Source: Euzebyales bacterium
GTDB taxonomy: Bacteria > Actinomycetota > Nitriliruptoria > Euzebyales > JAHELV01
NCBI GenBank assembly: GCA_036374135.1
Contig: DASUUK010000068.1
Span: 20,628-84,627 of the forward strand
Reading direction: 5' to 3'
DNA length: 64,000 nucleotides
The notes beneath the pieces were generated by a model. The model searched no databases. It saw only the letters and a list, made by a program, of their open reading frames with translations, and was not told the DNA's origin. The position numbers were made by a program, and so were the translations under genes. Of this stretch, positions 43,111 through 51,310 are shown in pieces (position 1 is the first letter of the stretch; each line of letters begins with the position of its first letter).

Positions 43111-43890
43111 GTGTACGTCGACACGCATTGCCACCTTGAGATGGTGGAGGGTGCGCTGCCCCACGCCATGGTCGAGCGCGCCGTCGACGCGGGCGTCGAC
43201 ACGATGCTGACCGTCGGCGTCGATCTCGCGTCGTCGGCCGAGTGCGTCCAGACGGCCGGCGCGCTGCCGGCGGTGTGGGCTGTGGTCGGCATCCATCCGC
43301 ACAACGCGATCGAGGCGACCGATGCGGTGCTCGATCGGCTCGCGCAGCTGGCCGCGCACCCACGGGTCGTGGGGATCGGCGAGACAGGGCTCGACTACTA
43401 CCGCGACCACTCGCCGCGCGAACAGCAGCGCGGCTCGTTCCGGGCGCACATCGACCTGGCGCGCCGCCTCGGCAAGACGCTGGTCATCCACTGCCGAGAC
43501 GCGCATGCGGACGTGCTCGACGTGCTGACGACGTACGGGGCGCCGGACAGGGTCGTGTTCCACTGCTTCTCCGGCGACCTCGACTTCGCCAAGCAGTGCG
43601 TGGAGCACGGTTGGTACCTGTCGTTCGCCGGCACCGTCACGTTCCGCAACGCGCCGGGTCTGCGCGACGCGGCCGGCGCCGCCGCCCCGGAACTGCTGCT
43701 CACCGAGACCGATGCGCCGTACCTGTCGCCGCACCCCCACAGGGGCGAGACGAACGAACCCGCACGCGTGCCGCTGATCGCAGCGACGCTGGGTGAGGTC
43801 CACGGCATGAGCGCCGAGCAGATGGGTCAGCTGACCAGCGCGAACGCGCGGCGGGCGTTCGCGCTGCCCGCCGCCGACACGGCGGCGTGA
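43111..43890 (+). CDS. tatD: TatD family hydrolase/DNase
   Basis: DTHCHL, GIHPH, GIGETGLDYY, IHCRDA, VFHCFSG, ETDAPYL motifs. Confidence 0.95.
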   Translation: MYVDTHCHLEMVEGALPHAMVERAVDAGVDTMLTVGVDLASSAECVQTAGALPAVWAVVGIHPHNAIEATDAVLDRLAQLAAHPRVVGIGETGLDYYRDHSPREQQRGSFRAHIDLARRLGKTLVIHCRDAHADVLDVLTTYGAPDRVVFHCFSGDLDFAKQCVEHGWYLSFAGTVTFRNAPGLRDAAGAAAPELLLTETDAPYLSPHPHRGETNEPARVPLIAATLGEVHGMSAEQMGQLTSANARRAFALPAADTAA

Positions 43891-44759
43891 GTGCGCCGCC
43901 GCGACCGCTGCTCACCGCGACGCAGGTGCGCGACCTGCTGCGGCGGCACGGGCTGGCACCCAGCCGGCGGCTCGGCCAGCACTTCGTGATCGATCACAAC
44001 ACGCTGCGCCGCATGGTCTCCGACGCCGGGCTCGGCCCCGGCGACCGCGTCTGTGAGATCGGGCCCGGGCTCGGCAGCCTGACGCTCGCGTTGCGCGAGG
44101 TCGGTGCGACGGTCACGGCGATCGAGATCGACGCGGGCATGGTCCGCGCCCTGGCCGAGGTCGTGGGCGACGACCCGGGCGTACGTCTGATCCACGCCGA
44201 CGTCCGTGACGTCGACCTCGTCGCGGAGGTCCCGGCGCCGGCGTCGGTCGTCGCGAACCTGCCGTACGTGATCGGCACGGCGGTGACGCTCGACACGCTG
44301 GCGCTCGAGCACTTCGAGCGCCTGGACGTGATGGTCCAGCGTGAGGTCGGCCAGCGCTGGACGGCGTCCGTCGGCGACCCGCACTTCGGCGCCGTCAGCC
44401 TGAAGGTCGCGGCGTACGCGCACGCCCGCGTGAGCGCGCGGATCAGCCGGCGGGCGTTCCACCCCGTGCCCGGTGTCGACTCGGTGACGGTCGCGCTCGA
44501 ACCGTGCGCGTGGCCCTACGCCGTGCCGCGGGCGACGGTCCTGGCCGTCGTGGACCAGGGTTTCACGCAGAGACGCAAGCGGCTGCGCAACGCCCTGGCG
44601 CCGCTGTTGTCACCCGGGATCGTCGACGACGCGATGGCGGATGTGGGTCTGTCGCCCGATGTTCGGGCGGAACGCCTGCCGTTGTCGACGTGGTGTGACC
44701 TGGCGGATGCACTGCGCAATCGCCACATTGCCGACGGCGTCCCGTTCGCCCTACCATGA
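43887..44759 (+). CDS. rsmA: 16S rRNA dimethyladenosine transferase RsmA/KsgA
   Basis: LGQHFVID, EIGPGLG.LT, AIEID, VANLPY, MVQREV, P.VDS, F.QRRKRLRNAL motifs. Confidence 0.95.
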   Translation: MSAPPRPLLTATQVRDLLRRHGLAPSRRLGQHFVIDHNTLRRMVSDAGLGPGDRVCEIGPGLGSLTLALREVGATVTAIEIDAGMVRALAEVVGDDPGVRLIHADVRDVDLVAEVPAPASVVANLPYVIGTAVTLDTLALEHFERLDVMVQREVGQRWTASVGDPHFGAVSLKVAAYAHARVSARISRRAFHPVPGVDSVTVALEPCAWPYAVPRATVLAVVDQGFTQRRKRLRNALAPLLSPGIVDDAMADVGLSPDVRAERLPLSTWCDLADALRNRHIADGVPFALP

Positions 44760-44823
44760 CTCGCCGATCACCTGATCCGCCCGGCCGCGCCCGCCGGATC
44801 GCCGACGCCGGGAGTTCGCATCG

Positions 44824-45831
44824 GTGGCTGCAGACGGAACCCACGGCACCGCACTGCGCATCCGCGTCCCCGCGAAGTTGAACCTGTACCTCGCCGTGCG
44901 CGGTCGTCGGGCCGACGGGTTCCACGATCTGGTCACCGTGTTCCAGACGGTGTCGTTGTACGACCAGCTGCGGATCGCCCTCCTGGGCCTGCCCGGGCGT
45001 CGCCACCACCCGGCCGCCCGCAGCAGGATGCGGGTCGAGCTGTGGGCGGACCCCGCCGTGCCGCAGGGGCGTGACAACCTCGCACTGCAGGCGGCGTTGC
45101 GCCTCGGCCGGCTCAGCGGCATCGTGCCCGCCGCCGGTGGCGTCGAACGCGATGCGGTGCGCACCGTCATCGACCTCGACAAGCAGATCCCGATGACCGC
45201 GGGGATGGCGGGTGGTTCCGCCGACGCCGCCGCGGTGCTCGTCGCGTTGAACCGGCTGTGGCGCTGCGGGCTGACCGTCGAACAGCTCCGCGAGGTCGCG
45301 GCCGACCTGGGCTCGGACGTGCCGTTCTGTGTGACCGGTGGCACCGCGCTGGGGTCGGGGCGTGGCACGGAGGTCACGCCGGTCCTGGCGCGCGGACCGT
45401 TCCACTGGGTGATCTGTCCGGATGCCGAGCCGTTGTCCACCGCCGACGTGTACCGCATGTGGGATCGACGCTCGCGCCCACGCGACACCCGGCCCGACGA
45501 CGTGCTCTACGCGGTGCGCTCCAGCGATCCGCGGCAGCTCGCCGCGGCACTCCACAACGAGCTGGAGGACGCCGCCTTCGCACTGCGCCCGCGCCTGGCG
45601 GACCGCAAGCGGCACCTGGTCGAGGCGGGCGCGCTGACGGCCGTCCTGGCCGGTAGCGGTCCCACGATGCTCGCGTTGGCCGCCGACGAGGCAGCGGCGC
45701 ATACGCTGGCCCTCGAGATCGGGCAATGGTGCCCCGACGCGATCGTCGCGACGTCACCCGCCGGCGGTCCCGAGCTGGTGCGCGGCGTCAACCAGTCCGA
45801 CACCGGGCCGCTGCTGCGGACGTTAGAGTAA
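44824..45831 (+). CDS. ispE: 4-(cytidine 5'-diphospho)-2-C-methyl-D-erythritol kinase
   Basis: PAKLNLYL.V, GFHDL.TVFQ, K.IP..AGMAGGSADAAA, LGSDVPF, GSGPT motifs. Confidence 0.94.
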   Translation: MAADGTHGTALRIRVPAKLNLYLAVRGRRADGFHDLVTVFQTVSLYDQLRIALLGLPGRRHHPAARSRMRVELWADPAVPQGRDNLALQAALRLGRLSGIVPAAGGVERDAVRTVIDLDKQIPMTAGMAGGSADAAAVLVALNRLWRCGLTVEQLREVAADLGSDVPFCVTGGTALGSGRGTEVTPVLARGPFHWVICPDAEPLSTADVYRMWDRRSRPRDTRPDDVLYAVRSSDPRQLAAALHNELEDAAFALRPRLADRKRHLVEAGALTAVLAGSGPTMLALAADEAAAHTLALEIGQWCPDAIVATSPAGGPELVRGVNQSDTGPLLRTLE

Positions 45832-45866
45832 TCGCCATCCCCGCACGCGTGCTCCGCAGCGGGCGA

Positions 45867-45940
45867 TGGGAGGTGGTGAAATGGCATCACGCCGTCCTTT
45901 GGAGTCGGAGTTGAAGGTTCGATCCCTTCCCTCCCAGCCA
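45867..45940 (+). tRNA. tRNA-Gln(TTG), CCA encoded
   Basis: Acceptor TGGGAGG/CCTCCCA, anticodon TTG at 45899-45901, T-arm GAAGG-TTCGATC-CCTTC; upstream of glmU, as is typical in actinobacteria. Confidence 0.93.
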
Positions 45941-45983
45941 CAGTGCACAGCCCGCTGAGCCGTCGAAGTCGAGAGATCATCTC

Positions 45984-47360
45984 ATGACCCGCGCAGCCGT
46001 CGTCCTGGCCGCTGGAAGAGGAACCCGCTTCAGGTCCGACCTCGCCAAGGTCCTGCACCCCGTCGCGGGTCGCTCCCTGCTCAGATGGGTGCTGCACGCG
46101 TTGCGCCCGCTGGACCTGGACGTGGTCGTCGTGGTCGTCGGCCACCAGGGTGACCGCGTCGCCGACGAGGCGGGACAGGTGCCGGACCTGCCCCTGATGA
46201 TCGTCGAGCAGGCCGAGCAGCGGGGGACCGGTCACGCCGTGCGCACCGCGTTCGACGCCGGCGCGCTGGACGGGATCGACAGCGTGCTGGTCGTGCCCGG
46301 CGACGCGCCGATGATCGCCGGTGCGCCACTGGAGGAGATCTTCGCGGCGCAGCGCGGCCACGCCGCCGCGATGATGGTCACCGAGCTCGGGGATCCGACC
46401 GGCTACGGACGGATCCTGCGCGACCGGGACGGGGCGGTGTCGCGCGTCGTCGAGGAACGCGACGCCACACCGGACGAGCGGGCCGTGCGCGAGGTCAACG
46501 TGTCGATGTACGTGTTCGCGGCCGCCGCGCTGCGACGCGAGCTCGGCCGGCTGTCGACGGACAACGCGCAGGGTGAGGAGTACCTGACCGACGTCATCGC
46601 TCCGCTGGTCGCCGGCGGGGTCGTCGCGGTGCACGCCCCGGCCGTCAGCGTCCGCGGGGTCAACGACCGTGGCCAGCTCGCAGGCGCCGGACAGGTGCTG
46701 CGGGCCAGCATGCTCGACCAGCTGATGCTCGACGGCGTCACCGTCGTCGACCCGGCGACCACGTACGTGCACGCCGACTGCGTCATCGAGCCCGACGTCA
46801 CGCTGCTGCCGGGCACCCACCTCGAGGGCCACACCAGGGTCGCGTCCGGGGCGACGGTCGGGCCCGACACGAGGCTGGTCGACACGACCGTCGGCGCCGA
46901 TGCCACGATCACCTACTCGGTGGCGTTGTCGGCATCCGTCGGGCCGTCGGCGAACGTCGGCCCGTTCTCCTATCTGCGCCCCGGCGCCGAGCTGTCCGAC
47001 CGTGCCAAGGCCGGCGCGTTCGTCGAGGTCAAGCAGTCGGTGATCGGGCCTGGGAGCAAGGTCCCGCACCTGTCCTACATCGGCAACACCGTGATCGGGA
47101 CCGACACCAACGTCGGGGCCGCGACGGTCACGGTGAACTACGACGGCTACCGCAAGCACCAGACGACGATCGGTGATCGGGTGAGGATCGGGTCGGACAC
47201 GATGCTCATCGCACCGGTCAAGGTGGGTGATGACGCGTACACCGGCGCCGGATCGGTGATCACGACCGACGTGCCCGCGGGCGCGCTCGCCGTCGAACGC
47301 ACCGAACAACGCATCGTCGAGGGCTACGCCGAGCGCCGGCGTGCGGCCCACGAGGGCTGA
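45984..47360 (+). CDS. glmU: Bifunctional GlmU
   Basis: VLAAGRGTRF, EQ.GTGHAV, GYGRI.R, EEYLTD, hexapeptide repeats, PHLSYIG, NYDG motifs. Confidence 0.96.
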   Translation: MTRAAVVLAAGRGTRFRSDLAKVLHPVAGRSLLRWVLHALRPLDLDVVVVVVGHQGDRVADEAGQVPDLPLMIVEQAEQRGTGHAVRTAFDAGALDGIDSVLVVPGDAPMIAGAPLEEIFAAQRGHAAAMMVTELGDPTGYGRILRDRDGAVSRVVEERDATPDERAVREVNVSMYVFAAAALRRELGRLSTDNAQGEEYLTDVIAPLVAGGVVAVHAPAVSVRGVNDRGQLAGAGQVLRASMLDQLMLDGVTVVDPATTYVHADCVIEPDVTLLPGTHLEGHTRVASGATVGPDTRLVDTTVGADATITYSVALSASVGPSANVGPFSYLRPGAELSDRAKAGAFVEVKQSVIGPGSKVPHLSYIGNTVIGTDTNVGAATVTVNYDGYRKHQTTIGDRVRIGSDTMLIAPVKVGDDAYTGAGSVITTDVPAGALAVERTEQRIVEGYAERRRAAHEG

Positions 47361-47369
47361 GGCACACCG

Positions 47370-48338
47370 ATGGAGGTCATCACGAAGAAGCGGATGCAGG
47401 TGTTCTCAGGCCGCGGCTATCCGGAGCTGGCCCGGGAGGTCGTCGACCACCTGGGCATGCGACTCGGCTCGGTCGACATCCACGAGTTCTCCAACGGCGA
47501 GCTGTACGTGCGCTTCCGGGAGAACGTGCGCGGCAGCGACGTCTTCCTCATCCAGACCCACAGCGCCCCGGTGAACAGCAACATCTGGGAGCAGCTGATC
47601 ATGATCGACGCGGCCAAGCGCGCGTCGGCCAAGCGCATCATCGCCGTGTGCCCGTACTACGGGTACGCGCGCGCGGACCGCAAGGCCCGGTCCCGCGAGG
47701 CGATCACCGCCCGCCTGCTCGCCGACGTGCTGACCACGGCCGGTGCCGATCGCGTCGTGTCGGTCGACCTGCACACCGGGCAGATCCAGGGGTTCTTCGA
47801 CAAGCCGCTCGATCACCTGACCGCGCTGCCGTTGCTGGTGAACTGGCTGGCCGAGCGCTTCCCGGACCAGGATCTGGTGATCGCGTCACCCGACGCCGGC
47901 GGTGTCAAGCTGGCCTCGAAGTACCAGGCGATGCTGCCGAGCGCGCAACTGGCGTTCCTGGCGAAGACCCGCGAGGCGCACAACGTGGCGCGCACGCTGG
48001 CGGTCGTCGGCGACGTGGAGCGACGGACCTGCGTGCTGGTCGACGACATGATCGACACCGCCGGCACCATCTGCGGGGCCGCCGAGGCACTCATGAACCG
48101 CGGAGCGGCGCGGGTCGTGGTCGCCGCCACCCATCCGGTGCTGTCGGGCCCCGCGTGCGAGCGGTTGGCGAAGTCGGCGATCGACACGGTCGTGGTCACC
48201 AACACCATGCCGATCCCCGACGCCTGCAACTGCGCCAAGATCGAGGTCGTGTCGATCGCTCCGATCGTGGCCAGCACGATGAAGGCGATCTTCGAGGACG
48301 AATCCGTCAGCGAACTGTTCGACGACCGCAACCAGTGA
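47370..48338 (+). CDS. prs: Ribose-phosphate pyrophosphokinase
   Basis: FSNGE, PYYGYARADRK, DLHTGQIQGFF, SPDAGG, LVDDMIDTAGT motifs. Confidence 0.97.
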   Translation: MEVITKKRMQVFSGRGYPELAREVVDHLGMRLGSVDIHEFSNGELYVRFRENVRGSDVFLIQTHSAPVNSNIWEQLIMIDAAKRASAKRIIAVCPYYGYARADRKARSREAITARLLADVLTTAGADRVVSVDLHTGQIQGFFDKPLDHLTALPLLVNWLAERFPDQDLVIASPDAGGVKLASKYQAMLPSAQLAFLAKTREAHNVARTLAVVGDVERRTCVLVDDMIDTAGTICGAAEALMNRGAARVVVAATHPVLSGPACERLAKSAIDTVVVTNTMPIPDACNCAKIEVVSIAPIVASTMKAIFEDESVSELFDDRNQ

Positions 48339-48379
48339 TCCGCGCGGGACACGCGCGCCTTCGAACGTAAGGAGACCAC

Positions 48380-48814
48380 GTGGAGCTGTCGGCACCCCTG
48401 CGCTGGCTGGGAGCCCTGGCCATCATGCTCGTCGTCGTGCTGATCGTCGTGCCGATGCTGCTCGACACCGTCACCGACACGATCGTGTTCGGCGAGGACG
48501 CGTCGGAGCCTGCCGCGGCGGCCGACGGGACGCCGTCAGAGGTCGCGAGCGAGGCGGTGGCATCGGGCGACGGTGGCGGCAACCAGGGTGGCGGCAACCA
48601 GGGTGGCGGCAACCAGGGCCGTGGCGGCAACCAGGGTGCCGACGGTGACTTCCCGACGACCTACACGGTGGTCGCGGGCGACACGGGCACCAAGATCTCG
48701 GAGCAGTTCTACGACTCACCGGACGGGTGGGCGCTGATCGCACAGGCCAACGACATCGATCCGTACGCGCCGCTGCGGGTCGGCCTGGAACTGACCATCC
48801 CGGCGCCCGAGTAG
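48380..48814 (+). CDS. Membrane-anchored LysM-domain protein
   Basis: N-terminal TM, Gly/Asn/Gln linker, C-terminal YTVVAGDT..KI...FY.....W.LIAQAN.I.....L.VG.EL.IP. Confidence 0.85.
   Translation: MELSAPLRWLGALAIMLVVVLIVVPMLLDTVTDTIVFGEDASEPAAAADGTPSEVASEAVASGDGGGNQGGGNQGGGNQGRGGNQGADGDFPTTYTVVAGDTGTKISEQFYDSPDGWALIAQANDIDPYAPLRVGLELTIPAPE
48572..48634 (+). repeat. In-frame 15-bp tandem repeat (GGTGGCGGCAACCAG) x3 plus one variant, encoding GGGNQ
   Basis: Read directly from the sequence; the fourth copy is offset by one extra codon. Confidence 0.92.
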
Positions 48815-48997
48815 AGGGCGCGACGCTCGCGGCGTCCGGCGTAGACGGTCCTCCAGACGTACGTTCCTCGAAGTTGTGGCCGTCGGGCGGCCTGCCTACA
48901 CTGGCGATTCCCCCGGTGCCGGGCCCCGCGTTCGCTTGCCCACACAACGGGTTCAAGGATTCTCGTCTTCGAGCAGTGATCTCAAGGAGTGCAGGCG

Positions 48998-49687
48998 ATG
49001 GCTGACCAGGTGACGCTCACCGCGGAGGCCCGCGAGGGCGGCGGCAAGGGCGAGGGACGCCGCCTGCGACGCGCCGGGCGCGTGCCCGCGATCGCCTACG
49101 GCGCGGGCCTCCGGGCGACCCCGGTGTCGGTCGACGCGCTCGAGCTCTATCACGCGCTGCGCACCGATGCCGGTCTCAACGCACTGATCAGGCTGGAGGT
49201 CGACGGCGACACGCACCTGACACTGGCGCGCCAGCTCCAGCGCCACCCGGTGCGGCGCGAGATCATGCACGTCGACTTCGTGGTCGTCGACCGCGCGCGC
49301 AAGGTCACTGTCGACGTGCCGATCCACCTCGTCGGCGACGCGCCCGGAGCCGACGAGGGTGGCGTCGTCGACCAGGTCCGGTTCAACGTCCCGGTCGAGG
49401 TCCTGCCGCTGGAGGTGCCCGACAGCGTCGAGTTCGACATCTCCGACATGCAGGTCGGTGACGTCAAGCGCCTCGGAGACCTGCCGCTGCCCGAAGGTGT
49501 CGAGCTCCTCGACGACCCCGACTACGCGGTGGTCTCGGTCTACGTGCCCCAGGCCGAGGTGCCCGAGGACGAGGTGGCCGAGGACGCCCTGGAGGGCGCC
49601 CTGGGCGACGAGGCGGCTCCCTCCGACGCCGGCGACGTCGAGGCCTCCGAGGAGGGTGGCGGCGACGGCGGCTCCAGCGACGAGTAG
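48998..49687 (+). CDS. rplY: 50S ribosomal protein L25/general stress protein Ctc
   Basis: GKG..RRLRRAGRVPAI.YG, Q.HPV....MHVDF, VDVPIHL.G motifs; acidic tail; AAGGAG RBS. Confidence 0.95.
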   Translation: MADQVTLTAEAREGGGKGEGRRLRRAGRVPAIAYGAGLRATPVSVDALELYHALRTDAGLNALIRLEVDGDTHLTLARQLQRHPVRREIMHVDFVVVDRARKVTVDVPIHLVGDAPGADEGGVVDQVRFNVPVEVLPLEVPDSVEFDISDMQVGDVKRLGDLPLPEGVELLDDPDYAVVSVYVPQAEVPEDEVAEDALEGALGDEAAPSDAGDVEASEEGGGDGGSSDE

Positions 49688-49712
49688 TCGCCGGTTCCGT
49701 TCGACCTCCGCG

Positions 49713-50300
49713 GTGGAGGACCGCACGTTGATCGTCGGTCTGGGCAACCCGGCCGGCGAGTACGGCGGCACGCGCCACAACCTCGGCGCCGACGCGGTGC
49801 GGGAGCTCGCCGAGGACCTCGGCCTGCGGCTGAAGCGCCACCGTGCGGGCGGGGTCGCCGCTGACGGGCGGATCGGCCCGGGTGGGCCGGCCGTCACGCT
49901 GTTCGTCCCGAGCGGTTACATGAACAACTCCGGCGGGCCGGTCCAGCGGGCGCTGCGCTTCTACAAGCTGGGTCTGGACCGCCTGGTCGTCGTCTACGAC
50001 GACATCGATCTGGAGGCGTGGTCCGTCCGCCTCAAGCGCGGCGGTGGACCCGGCGGCCACAACGGCGTGCGCGACATCATCCACCGGTGTGGCGGCCGCG
50101 ACTTCCTGCGCGTGCGGATCGGCGTGGGGCGTCCGCCGGGACAACAGGACGCGGCGAGCTACGTGCTGGCCCGGATCCCATCACGTCTGCACGGCACCGC
50201 GATCGACACGGTCCACCGGGCCGCCGCCGCGACACGCGACCTGGTGACCGACGGCCTCGAGGCCGCCCAGAACATCCACCACGCCCCGCACCCCGCCTGA
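49713..50300 (+). CDS. pth: Peptidyl-tRNA hydrolase
   Basis: LIVGLGNP..EY..TRHNLG, YMNNSG, VVYDDIDL, GGHNG, R.RIGVGRP motifs. Confidence 0.95.
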   Translation: MEDRTLIVGLGNPAGEYGGTRHNLGADAVRELAEDLGLRLKRHRAGGVAADGRIGPGGPAVTLFVPSGYMNNSGGPVQRALRFYKLGLDRLVVVYDDIDLEAWSVRLKRGGGPGGHNGVRDIIHRCGGRDFLRVRIGVGRPPGQQDAASYVLARIPSRLHGTAIDTVHRAAAATRDLVTDGLEAAQNIHHAPHPA

Positions 50301-50331
50301 ACGCCGCCACCCCGGAGTTCGGCGCGGGTGG

Positions 50332-51180
50332 TCATGGTTCGGGGTGGTGGGCATCTGTCGGGGTGGGGGACAGGTGCGCGTCGATCGACAGGACCAGAAG
50401 GTAGCCCACGAGCACGGTGACCTGGACCAGCAGCAGGTAGATGGTGAACAGGACCACCCGTCCGACGTCCATCGAGCCACCGAACGCGCGACCCACGGCG
50501 ATGCCGTAGCGCAGCACGAGGATCCACCCCAGCGACATGCCGGCCAGGAACGATCCCGTGGCCAGCGACCCCCACACGGTCGCGCTCCAGCGCAGGCTCC
50601 GGCTGGCGAACAGCCGGTAGAGGACGATCAGCAGCACCGTCGCCGACAACCAGCCGATCCAGAACGTGAGGTAGACACCGAGCACCTGGCCGGTCGTGCC
50701 GCCGCCCAGCATGTCCGGCAGCGCCGCGACCGTCAGCAGCCCCGCAACCGTGACGAGGGGGAACACGCCGACGTACGGCAGGACCCGCACGCGGCCCAGC
50801 AGCGTGCGGTTCGTGCGCTGCGCGCCCTCAAGCGCATCGACGGCGCGCAACATCCCCTCCCCGTACGTCGTGGCAGCCAGAAGCGACGCGATCAGCGAGC
50901 CGATGCCGAGCCTCGGCCCGGCGTCGGCGAGCGTGCGCACGATCTGGCGGGCGCCCATGTCCGACGGGGCGAACGCGGCGAGGTCGCGCACGAGCGTGGC
51001 GACGCGATCTGGGCCGGCGACCAGCCCGGCGCCGTACAGACCGAGCAGCAGCAGCGGCACGATCGCGATGCCCGCGTACAGCGTGAGACCTGCGGCCAGC
51101 AGCATCAGATCGTGGCCCCGTGCACGCCGCAGGGTGTCGGTCATCACGCTGCGCGCCACACCGGACCATCGCCGAAGCAT
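50332..51180 (-). CDS. YihY/virulence factor BrkB family membrane protein
   Basis: AAGLTLYA.IA..PLLL, multiple TM segments, LYRL, W..VLRY...GRAFG. Start is estimated. Confidence 0.78.
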   Translation of the reverse strand: MLRRWSGVARSVMTDTLRRARGHDLMLLAAGLTLYAGIAIVPLLLLGLYGAGLVAGPDRVATLVRDLAAFAPSDMGARQIVRTLADAGPRLGIGSLIASLLAATTYGEGMLRAVDALEGAQRTNRTLLGRVRVLPYVGVFPLVTVAGLLTVAALPDMLGGGTTGQVLGVYLTFWIGWLSATVLLIVLYRLFASRSLRWSATVWGSLATGSFLAGMSLGWILVLRYGIAVGRAFGGSMDVGRVVLFTIYLLLVQVTVLVGYLLVLSIDAHLSPTPTDAHHPEP

Positions 51181-51310
51181 GCCCACATCGTGCCAGCGCG
51201 GACGCACCGCTCCGCCGTAGCCCCCGCGTGACCGCGTCGGCGTCACCCGCGCCGGTGCGATGCGCGCATGACCGACGGGGCCGGTCCGGTGGCGCCGCTG
51301 CTCCGCGGCC

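Noticed and set aside
43887-43890. Missing rpfB between tatD and rsmA as a special event
   Set aside because: tatD and rsmA overlap cleanly (GTGA); absence of rpfB may simply be lineage-typical and cannot be judged from this window.
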